Part shown: positions 41,774 through 48,489 of the stretch, piece after piece
Layout of the letters: each line of letters begins with the position of its first letter
Position numbering within the stretch: position 1 is the first letter of the stretch
Source of the DNA: an uncultured bacterium
GTDB lineage: Bacteria > Verrucomicrobiota > Kiritimatiellia > RFP12 > UBA3636
Direction of reading: 5' to 3'
Assembly (NCBI GenBank): GCA_902793555.1
Contig: CADBEF010000049.1
Coordinates: 1-57,905 of the forward strand
DNA length: 57,905 nucleotides
Program-made: the position numbers and the translations under genes
The notes under the pieces: generated by a model
Seen by the model: the letters and a program-made list of their open reading frames with translations, nothing else
Databases searched by the model: none
Told to the model about the DNA's origin: nothing

Positions 41774-43252
41774 ATGAACAAACTTGCCCTCTTCGTCCCC
41801 CTTCTCGCCCTCGCCGCCGCGCCGGCGCGCGCCGAAGACCCCGCCACGAACGCGCCGGTCGGGGAAATCGAAGGTCCGATTTCCGTTTTTCCGCCCAAGC
41901 CGAAGGAAATCCAAGAAGTCGTCGCCGTCCATGGCCGGGGCCTACGGAGTCCCCGCGCCCGCGGACCGGGCGAACAGGCCCGCAATCTTGCACGCTGGGG
42001 CGCAGGCGCGAGCAGTCCCGCCGTCCTCCGCGCGCTGCGCTGGCTCAAGACGCAGCAGCTAGACGACGGTTCCTGGCCCGGCAACCCCGTCGCCTCCACT
42101 GCCCTCGCGCTCTGGACCTACCTCGACCACGGCGATCTTCCCGGCGGCGACGCCGAATTCGGTCCGACCGTCGAGCGCGCGGTGCGGTTCCTGGCCGAGG
42201 ACGTCGATCCGGAGTCCGGCCTCTTCCGTTCCGCGCACGGAGAGCCCTTCGCGCAACCGCTCGGCTTTTTCGCGCTCGCCCTCTACGTCAAGGAGACGTC
42301 GAATCCTGTCGCCCGGGAGGCCGCCGCGGCCGCCAGCCGTCCGCTCTTCGCCGGACAGCGCCCCGACGGTGCCTGGAACGCCGACCCGCTCGACCCTTCG
42401 CCGGACGGTCTCCGCAACCTCCGCTCGACCGTCTGGTGCGCGCTCGCGCTCCGCGGCGCGCTGCAGCGGGGTTTTGACTTCGGCCCGTCCGAGGAGGATG
42501 CCGTCCGCCGCGCCTTCGGCGCCGTCGCGTCCTTTCTGGACCCCGCCACGGGCGCGGTGCGCCGTCCCGACGGGACCGCCGACCCTGCCACGGCCGCCGC
42601 CGCGTTCGCCCTGGACGAATTCGACCGCGACGATCCGATCGCGAAGAAGGCCGTCGCCTTTCTCGCCCCCTGCACCGTCTTCTGGACGGCGTGGGAGGGC
42701 CCGCAACCCTGGACCGCGGGAGACGCCCCCGTCCGCGACTGGTTCTTCGTCACCTGTGCAAAATACGGCACGAACCCCGATTTTCCCCGCTGGAACAAGT
42801 GCTTCTTGCCGGAATTTCTCAAACGCCAGACCATCGTCAAAGCCGCGGAAAGCGGCTACGAGGACGCGGAAGGGACTCCCCGCGACATCGCCTGGTGGGA
42901 CTCCCCGTCCGCGGAGGAAAGGGGCGTCGGCTCCGGCGGTTCCGTCCTGCCCTGCAAACGGTGGCGCGGCGGCGAATCCGTTGACGGGGAAACAACCCTC
43001 GGAGACCGCGTCCGCGACACCTGCCTCTGCGCGCTCGCGCTGATGGTCTACTACTCCAACCCGCCCGCCGCTTCCCATTTTGAAGAAGAAGTCTCCATCC
43101 TCCGACCGAAGAAATCCGACGACATCCCCGTCTCCGTCCACAGGAAGCCCGAACTCAAAGGAAGCGACATCCGCGTCATGCGCAAGCCGCACCCCGCCAC
43201 GCCCGCGTCCCACGCGGAAACCGCGGAGGGCGCGAAGGAGCCCTCCCCGTGA
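41774..43252 (+). CDS. secreted prenyltransferase/squalene-oxidase-repeat (alpha/alpha-toroid) protein with family leader and tail
   Basis: MNKLALFVPLLALAAAPARAEDPATNAP.. Toroid-repeat motifs ALRWLKTQQLDDGSW, RPLFAGQRPDGAWN. Ends ..HPATPASHAETAEGAKEPSP. Confidence 0.85.
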   Translation: MNKLALFVPLLALAAAPARAEDPATNAPVGEIEGPISVFPPKPKEIQEVVAVHGRGLRSPRARGPGEQARNLARWGAGASSPAVLRALRWLKTQQLDDGSWPGNPVASTALALWTYLDHGDLPGGDAEFGPTVERAVRFLAEDVDPESGLFRSAHGEPFAQPLGFFALALYVKETSNPVAREAAAAASRPLFAGQRPDGAWNADPLDPSPDGLRNLRSTVWCALALRGALQRGFDFGPSEEDAVRRAFGAVASFLDPATGAVRRPDGTADPATAAAAFALDEFDRDDPIAKKAVAFLAPCTVFWTAWEGPQPWTAGDAPVRDWFFVTCAKYGTNPDFPRWNKCFLPEFLKRQTIVKAAESGYEDAEGTPRDIAWWDSPSAEERGVGSGGSVLPCKRWRGGESVDGETTLGDRVRDTCLCALALMVYYSNPPAASHFEEEVSILRPKKSDDIPVSVHRKPELKGSDIRVMRKPHPATPASHAETAEGAKEPSP

Positions 43253-43257
43253 ACCCT

Positions 43258-43320
43258 CTTGCCCGCGAGCGGCAAAGCCGCGACACCCGGCCGCAGCCGG
43301 CGTGGCGGCACCCCGCCCAC
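43258..43320 (+). repeat. 63-nt intergenic repeat R1 (copy 1), three consecutive hairpins
   Basis: CTTGCCCGCGAGCGGCAAAGCCGCGACACCCGGCCGCAGCCGGCGTGGCGG.., repeated at 48284-48349. Hairpins GCGGC-AAA-GCCGC and CCGGC-CGCA-GCCGG, plus a degenerate family 1 palindrome. Confidence 0.8.
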
Positions 43321-43362
43321 AACCACTAACCACTAACCACTAACCACTAACCACTAACCACT
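43321..43362 (+). repeat. perfect heptanucleotide repeat (AACCACT)x6
   Basis: Six exact units, ending 25 nt upstream of ATG 43388. Confidence 0.95.
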
Positions 43363-43387
43363 GCCCTTGACCCCGCCCCCGCCCGCC

Positions 43388-44653
43388 ATGAAACGCCTCG
43401 CCCTCCTCCTCCCCCTCCTCGCCCTCGCCGCCGCGCCGGCGCGCGCGGACTCCTTCTTCGTTCGTTACGGCGACGACTACGTGCTGACGCCCGAAACCGA
43501 GGAGACGTACCGCTTCTGGACGCGGACGCAATATTCTCCGGCCGTCCTCGGCATCGGTCCGGACAAGATCCGCTTCACCGTCGGCGTCCCGCGGACGCTG
43601 GACGGCGCAAAGTTCGCCAAGGCCCGGATCGGCCTGTGGAGCAAGCCGGGACGGGACGCGCGGCACGACTTGTTCGACGCGTTCGAGACGGACATGCGGA
43701 CCGTTCCGTGCGGATCGGCCATGCTCGAGTTCTATTTCACCTGCTCCACGCAGTTTCTTGACCGGGCGTGCGTCGTCGTCCTCTACGACCGGCGGGTCGC
43801 GGAACGCGAGGACCCCGACGGGGTCTACGAGTTCTTCGACTACGACTGCGACCGCTACATCCTGCCGCTTGACAGCTACGCCGCGAACCGGATATGGGAG
43901 CGGCAATGCGACGTGATCGGCGACCGCTTCGAAGAGCCTGCCGTCACGTGCCTCGCGCTCGACACGGAAAGTCTTGCCGCCTCCTACCGCGAAACCCCTG
44001 CGGAGACGGCGTCGCGGATCGGGAAGATGGTCGACCGGTTCGAAGCGTTGCGCGGCCGCGTCGATCCGTCCGAGACGGCGTTCCTCGAGGCCGTCTCCTA
44101 CATGCAGCGGCATTGCCGGTTCTACCTGGCGGAGGAGGACGTCCGCGCCGCCGAAGAAGAGCGCGCACGCGGCATCTTTCCCGCCGGAACCTACACGAAC
44201 GACTTCCCCGCCGTCATCTTCCGCGTCTACCGGGGGAAAGCGACGGTGTCCGGCCCCGTTCCCGGCCGGCCGCAGGAAAACCTGGACGTGCCGGACCGGC
44301 TCGGCGGCGTCCCCGTGGCGTCCGTCGAATCGGATGCGTTCGCGGACTGCGCGGATCTCCGGTCCGTATCCCTCCCGGACTCCCTCCGCTCGGTCGGATT
44401 CCGCGCGTTCCTCGGTTGCACGAACCTGACCAACGTCGTCGTCGGGGCGGGCCTAAAGGTCGTCGAATTCGACGCGTTTTCGCGTTGCCCGAACCTCGCG
44501 GCGGTGCGCATCGCCGCGACGAACGCGACGATCTACGCCAACGCCTTCCGGACCGAAGACGGCAAGGCCCCGGCCGTCTTCGAAGCCGGCGGCGTCCCGT
44601 CCGAGCCGCCCGCCTACAAGCCCGACGACGATGACGAGGAAATCGATGAATAA
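43388..44653 (+). CDS. secreted protein with C-terminal BspA-type leucine-rich repeats, family signal peptide
   Basis: MKRLALLLPLLALAAAPARA.. The C-terminal third, ..VASVESDAFADCADLRSVSLPDSLRSVGFRAFLGCTNLTNVVVGAGLKVVEFDAFSRCPNLAAVRI.., is LRR_5/BspA-like. Acidic end PDDDDEEIDE. Confidence 0.8.
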   Translation: MKRLALLLPLLALAAAPARADSFFVRYGDDYVLTPETEETYRFWTRTQYSPAVLGIGPDKIRFTVGVPRTLDGAKFAKARIGLWSKPGRDARHDLFDAFETDMRTVPCGSAMLEFYFTCSTQFLDRACVVVLYDRRVAEREDPDGVYEFFDYDCDRYILPLDSYAANRIWERQCDVIGDRFEEPAVTCLALDTESLAASYRETPAETASRIGKMVDRFEALRGRVDPSETAFLEAVSYMQRHCRFYLAEEDVRAAEEERARGIFPAGTYTNDFPAVIFRVYRGKATVSGPVPGRPQENLDVPDRLGGVPVASVESDAFADCADLRSVSLPDSLRSVGFRAFLGCTNLTNVVVGAGLKVVEFDAFSRCPNLAAVRIAATNATIYANAFRTEDGKAPAVFEAGGVPSEPPAYKPDDDDEEIDE

Positions 44654-44685
44654 GCCCGCACACCCCGCCACGCCCTAGCACCCCT

Positions 44686-44730
44686 CCGCTCCGCGCGGGC
44701 GCGGCAAAGCCGCCGCCCGCCGCGGAGCGG
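44686..44730 (+). terminator. long GC hairpin (about 20-bp stem, AAA loop) after CDS 43388..44653
   Basis: CCGCTCCGCGCGGGCGCGGC-AAA-GCCGCCGCCCGCCGCGGAGCGG, flanked on both sides by CCCCGCCACGCC. No U-tract. Confidence 0.45.
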
Positions 44731-44754
44731 CCTTCCCGAATTCCCCGCCACGCC

Positions 44755-44787
44755 GCATTCATCATTCAGCATTCATCATTCAGCATT
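44755..44787 (+). repeat. 14-nt tandem repeat GCATTCATCATTCA x2.4
   Basis: Units 44755-44768 and 44769-44782 plus partial 44783-44787, ending 19 nt upstream of ATG 44807. Confidence 0.9.
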
Positions 44788-44806
44788 GACCCCGCCCCCG
44801 CCCGCA

Positions 44807-45796
44807 ATGAAACGCCTCGCCCTCCTCCTCCCCCTCCTCGCCCTCGCCGCCGCACCCGTGCGCGCCGAAGACCCCGCCACGAACGATCCCGTTGGCGTCG
44901 GCATTGGCGCGCCGGGCCCGGTATTCGGCGAAGGGGTCACGCCCGATCCGAACCTGATGTTCGTCTGGGAAGAGGCCCTCTGGGTCGGAGTTCTCTACTC
45001 CGCTTCGATCGCAGTGGCCGACATCGACTTTTCCGCGCTCGCCGGCGATAGCCATGAAAGGAAATACATCGAGCTTCCCTTCGTCGTCCGGGATTGTCTC
45101 AAGGGCTCTCTCCCGGGCACGAACCTCGTTCTCAAGGTTTGGCCGGAGGATCAAAAGGAGATGAAGGCATTGCACGCCTACTCTTCGACCGCTTCCACGA
45201 ACGGTTCGGCGCTTCTCTTCCTCGTCCGTCCTTTCGAGGAATCGAGCCGCGAGTGCTTCCTTGTAAGTGAATACCGATACGCGATCCGGCGCGCGGACGA
45301 GAAGTCGATCGCCGAAACGAAGCGCGAAATCGGCGCCCAGCTGCGTGCATTGGAGGCATTCGACCGGCTTGTGTCTCCCGAATCGCTGCCGCACTGGTCC
45401 GCGGTTTCCAATGCCGTCGCCGAACTGACGATCGACGCGGACCACCAATCCAGATCCGTTGACGCCATTCTCGACCTCGGCATCGAGGCGGTTCCCGCGC
45501 TCATCGCCCTCATGGACGATCGCCGTGAGCTCCCCGTCAAAAGCATCTCTCTCGAGAATTCGCCAGGACATTGGGAGGCCTGTCGGCATTACGGTCCCCA
45601 AACGGTCGTCGACCTTGTGGACGCCCTCGCCGACCATTTCGTGAAAATCGGCCTGGTTTCCGTCATGAACGGGGGAACGGAACAGAATCGGCGGCAAGCG
45701 GTTGTCCGGTGGAAGCTCCTCCTGATTCGGTGGCTTGAGGAAAACCGAACGTCCGGCAAGTTCCTGAAGCCCGTTCTGGTCGGAAGGTTTGACTAG
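44807..45796 (+). CDS. secreted hypothetical protein with HEAT-like segment, family signal peptide
   Basis: MKRLALLLPLLALAAAPVRAEDPATNDPVG.. HEAT/PBS-lyase-like AILDLGIEAVPALIALMDDRR. Visibly lower G+C than its neighbours. No family tail. Confidence 0.75.
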   Translation: MKRLALLLPLLALAAAPVRAEDPATNDPVGVGIGAPGPVFGEGVTPDPNLMFVWEEALWVGVLYSASIAVADIDFSALAGDSHERKYIELPFVVRDCLKGSLPGTNLVLKVWPEDQKEMKALHAYSSTASTNGSALLFLVRPFEESSRECFLVSEYRYAIRRADEKSIAETKREIGAQLRALEAFDRLVSPESLPHWSAVSNAVAELTIDADHQSRSVDAILDLGIEAVPALIALMDDRRELPVKSISLENSPGHWEACRHYGPQTVVDLVDALADHFVKIGLVSVMNGGTEQNRRQAVVRWKLLLIRWLEENRTSGKFLKPVLVGRFD

Positions 45797-45856
45797 CCGT
45801 GGAGCGGACGAGTGGGGATGCCTCGCGGCAGTCTCGCTCTTGATGCGGAGCATGAA

Positions 45857-45917
45857 CATTGTCCACCAGCTCCCATTGCCACCCATGTCCGCCAACGTAA
45901 ATGCCAATCCAAGTCCC
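45857..45917 (+). repeat. about 60-nt TTGTCCACC/ATGCCAA element, copy 1
   Basis: CATTGTCCACCAGCTCCCATTGCCACCCATGTCCGCCAACGTAAATGCCAATCCAAGTCCC. About 90% identical by eye to 46831-46890. Confidence 0.8.
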
Positions 45918-45991
45918 CTGTCATTCCGAGCTAGAAAAACAAGCTGTATGGGTGTTGATTTTTTAAATATGTTCAAAAATACCCCGTTAAC

Positions 45992-46020
45992 TTGACTTTT
46001 CGGCTCGTTTCGACTAAACT
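45992..46020 (+). promoter_or_regulatory. canonical sigma70-like promoter TTGACT-N17-TAAACT, 7 nt before ATG 46028
   Basis: GTTAACTTGACTTTT..TAAACT. The same GTTAACTTGACTTTT box is at 49619. Confidence 0.6.
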
Positions 46021-46027
46021 CCGCGCC

Positions 46028-46311
46028 ATGAACTTCTACAAACGCGAGAACTACCTCCGCAAGATTCGCGGATTCTACGACGACACCGGACTGATCAAGG
46101 TCATCTCCGGGGTTCGCCGATGCGGCAAGTCCAGGCCTGCATGACCGTCGCCGCGTCCCGCGAGACCGAGGACCGCGAATACGCGCCGCTGGAGCGCATC
46201 CGGGACAACTTCCCCAAATACGTCCTCACCCGCAACGACCCGATCCAGCGCCGCGGCGGCATCCTCCACCGGAACCTCCCGCAGCTGATGTCCGCCGGCG
46301 AGGATTTCTAG
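46028..46311 (+). pseudogene. AAA+/DUF4143 ATPase gene with a large internal deletion
   Basis: N-terminus MNFYKRENYLRKIRGFYDDTGLIKVISGVRRCGKS then stop (46142-46144). Read in the next frame, QACMTVAASRETEDREYAPLERIRDNFPKYVLTRNDPIQRRGGILHRNL matches the last ~55 aa of 49661..50896 (YVQVAMTIADPETEAREFAPFSKIRDNYPKILLTLDPLLQRRDGIRHLNL). Confidence 0.8.
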
Positions 46312-46346
46312 CTTCGGGCGGGCGCGGCGCCGCCGCCCCGCCCGAC

Positions 46347-46448
46347 CGAAATTTTACATTTCCGTGACAATTCGAAAATCGATTCCTGCTAGAATCCCCC
46401 GCCGTACAACCGCCTACCACCTCGAACCACCACCCCCAAAACACCGCC
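46347..46448 (+). promoter_or_regulatory. conserved promoter+leader block, copy 2
   Basis: CGAAATTTTACATTTCCGTGACAATTCGAAAATCGATTCCTGCTAGAATCCCCCGCCGTACAACC.., TAGAAT 46390-46395. Confidence 0.65.
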
Positions 46449-46823
46449 ATGAACGACAAAACCCGAATCCGCCTCTCGACCGTCTTCGTCTGGTCTCTTC
46501 TCGCCGTCGTTGCGCTCGTCTTCCTCGCCTGGGCCGCCTCCGCCTTCTTCGGTTCGACCGACGGCGCGACCGACTGGCGCGGACTGATCCCGATGGCGAT
46601 GGCGCTCGCCATCCCCTGCGCACTCGTTGCGGCCGCAATCTTCATCCCGCTCTCCCGTCGCCGCTACCGTCGCGAATCGCAACGGCGGATCGACGCCGCC
46701 CGCGTGGCGCTGGCCGACCGGGCTAAAGTCGGTCCTTCGACGGCCGATCCGAAAGACCTCCGCTTCGCCCGCCCCGCCGACGCCGACCATCCAGCTTGGC
46801 ATTACACCGGTTCGAAAGACTGA
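46449..46823 (+). CDS. small membrane protein (two predicted TM helices), hypothetical
   Basis: Driven by the conserved promoter block. Hydrophobic stretches LSTVFVWSLLAVVALVFLAWAASAFF and LIPMAMALAIPCALVAAAIFIPL followed by RRRYRR. Confidence 0.65.
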   Translation: MNDKTRIRLSTVFVWSLLAVVALVFLAWAASAFFGSTDGATDWRGLIPMAMALAIPCALVAAAIFIPLSRRRYRRESQRRIDAARVALADRAKVGPSTADPKDLRFARPADADHPAWHYTGSKD

Positions 46824-46830
46824 CGTTTCT

Positions 46831-46964
46831 CTTGTCCATCAACTCCCATTGCCACCCATGTCCACCAACGCAAATGCCAATCCAAATCCCGCCCGGCTTC
46901 CGGTTTCATTGACATTGTCATTGTTGGCATTGTCGATTGGTGGACATTGAGCGTTGGTGGACAA
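46831..46964. repeat. TTGTCCACC/ATGCCAA element copy 2 plus an inverted partner (long imperfect hairpin, MITE-like)
   Basis: Direct part 46831-46890. The inverted part 46907-46964 contains TTGGCATT, TTGGTGGACAT and GCGTTGGTGGACAA, reverse complements of AATGCCAA, ATGTCCACCAA and TTGTCCACCAACGC. Confidence 0.75.
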
Positions 46965-46997
46965 TCCCGAAAACCCCGCCACGAAAGAAAACACGCC

Positions 46998-47765
46998 ATG
47001 CACCGCCTCGCCCTCCTCCTCCCCCTCCTCGCGCTCGCCGCCGCGCCGGCACGCGCCGCAGACCCTGTCACGAACGCGGTGCTGGCGTCGAAAGACGATT
47101 CCGGAAAAATCATTCTCTGTGGAAACGATGGTTCTGTTGTTCCGTTCAAGCTAAGAATCGTCACTGCTTCAAAGGGCCCCGAATGGTGGATGGCGCTTTG
47201 GCCGCCTGCATTTATCTCACGAGCAATTTATGTTGATGATGTCATCGATGAAACACGATTCTTTTTGGGGGAATTGCCCGTTTTTCCTTCGCGGCTTTCT
47301 TCTCTTCGGTTTACATTCCTTGCCAACAACATCCCAACTACAACGATTCCGGAATCCATCGATCATTTTCCGGAAAGCAAAGTAATCGTTGACGCATTGT
47401 TCAATACCTTGAATGCATCGAACAAGACGACAAGAGCGGATGAAGGGCTCGTTGTGGTTACTCTGGAAAGGGACAATTCTGGATTCAAGTCGGGCTATGC
47501 TTGCTACATGCGTTCCGCAGCTGCTTGTTTTTCTGGTTTTGACGACTGGCTTGCCAATCATACTGAGTCCTTTGCGCCAGACAGAAACGCCATCAACAAT
47601 GCGTCAGAGTGGGTTTACCAGGAACTTAAAGCACGAGAAGCGTTCTTGGCGGCTTCCTCAAGAGAAATGCCTGTCGGAACAAACGCCATTCTGTCATCGA
47701 ACCCCGCCACGAACGCGCCCGCCCATCACGCGGAATCCGCGGAGGGCGCGGAGAATCGGGAATGA
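46998..47765 (+). CDS. secreted hypothetical protein with AT-rich core between family leader and family tail
   Basis: MHRLALLLPLLALAAAPARAADPVTNAV.. Core without recognisable domain. Ends ..SSNPATNAPAHHAESAEGAENRE. Confidence 0.75.
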   Translation: MHRLALLLPLLALAAAPARAADPVTNAVLASKDDSGKIILCGNDGSVVPFKLRIVTASKGPEWWMALWPPAFISRAIYVDDVIDETRFFLGELPVFPSRLSSLRFTFLANNIPTTTIPESIDHFPESKVIVDALFNTLNASNKTTRADEGLVVVTLERDNSGFKSGYACYMRSAAACFSGFDDWLANHTESFAPDRNAINNASEWVYQELKAREAFLAASSREMPVGTNAILSSNPATNAPAHHAESAEGAENRE

Positions 47766-47851
47766 AACACGGAGCCGCGCAGAGCCGGCCGAAGCGCCGA
47801 GATTCCGCGCCGCGTCCTTTTCGGCGCTCTCGCCGGGTTGGAGCGAGGGGA

Positions 47852-47911
47852 TTAGAGCGACAGATCCGAGTGTGTCCCGGTGTCCGCGAGAACAAGAACG
47901 AGAATGCTCAT
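47852..47911 (-). pseudogene. remnant (19 codons) of a RelE/YafQ-type toxin gene
   Basis: The ATG overlaps the antitoxin stop (ATGA) and reads MSILVLVLADTGTHSDLSL-stop. ..TGTHSDL. is the usual C-terminal end of RelE/YafQ toxins, and the rest is missing. Confidence 0.55.
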
Positions 47912-48180
47912 TTGTTTCCCATGAACTCTTCGATCTTCGCGGGATCGGTGCAGGTGGGCGCGTCGGGGTCGTGCGCGACGGCCTTGGCTTCCTCCAATGC
48001 GGCCGCAAGGCGCGCCGCCTTGCGCTGGCGCGTCAGCTTGAACGGGATTTCCCCGTCCGCAAGGCACTTCTTGAAGAAGCACGTGATGGCCGTCGTGAGG
48101 GTCATGCCGATGTCATCGAAGAACTCTTCGGCATCGGCCTTGAGCCCGTTGTCCATCCGGATGGTGAGGGAAGTCGTCAT
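47908..48180 (-). CDS. relB: RelB/DinJ-family antitoxin
   Basis: MTTSLTIRMDNGLKADAEEFFDDIGMTLTTAITCFFKKCLADGEIPFKL.. is the ribbon-helix-helix RelB/DinJ N-terminus. These are the last 90 codons of the spurious 545-aa ORF 47908..49545. Confidence 0.8.
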   Translation of the reverse strand: MTTSLTIRMDNGLKADAEEFFDDIGMTLTTAITCFFKKCLADGEIPFKLTRQRKAARLAAALEEAKAVAHDPDAPTCTDPAKIEEFMGNK

Positions 48181-48283
48181 TGCAGATTGCTCCTTTTGTC
48201 GTAGAACAACGTGCATTCTACGAAAATCCGCGTGCAATGTCAATGCGGATCGACTGCTTCGCTTGAAGCCTGTCCCCGAAACA

Positions 48284-48349
48284 CTTGCCCGCGAGCGGCG
48301 AAGCCGCGACACCCGGCCGCAGCCGGCGTGGCGGAACACCGCCACGCCG
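48284..48349 (+). repeat. intergenic repeat R1 (copy 2) ending in a perfect 11-bp palindrome
   Basis: CTTGCCCGCGAGCGGCGAAGCCGCGACACCCGGCCGCAGCCGGCGTGGCGG-AACA-CCGCCACGCCG. Confidence 0.8.
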
Positions 48350-48399
48350 TGCAACGCCGCCCAATCCCGGACACCCCGCCACGCGGAGCGACCCCGCCA

Positions 48400-48489
48400 C
48401 GAAAATTTTACATTCCCATGACATTTCGAAAATCGGTTTCTGCTAGAATCCCCCGCCGTACGACCACCTCCAATCCCCAAAACCTCGCC
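48400..48489 (+). promoter_or_regulatory. conserved promoter+leader block, copy 3
   Basis: CGAAAATTTTACATTCCCATGACATTTCGAAAATCGGTTTCTGCTAGAATCCCCCGCCGTACGACCACCTCC.., TAGAAT 48444-48449. Confidence 0.65.

Noticed and set aside
46831-46964. Imperfect palindrome as an integron attC site, with the family as integron cassettes.
   Set aside because: No integrase or attI is present in the window. I cannot find the RYYYAAC/GTTRRRY core sites, and the 'cassettes' carry their own promoters and leaders. It is kept only as a generic MITE-like repeat.
47698-47720. NPATN at the family C-termini as a sortase B-type NPxTN sorting signal.
   Set aside because: No hydrophobic segment or positively charged tail follows, since the tail is acidic (..HAESAEGAENRE). 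The same motif also occurs right after the N-terminal signal peptide. No sortase gene is present, and the organism looks diderm (PVC-like).
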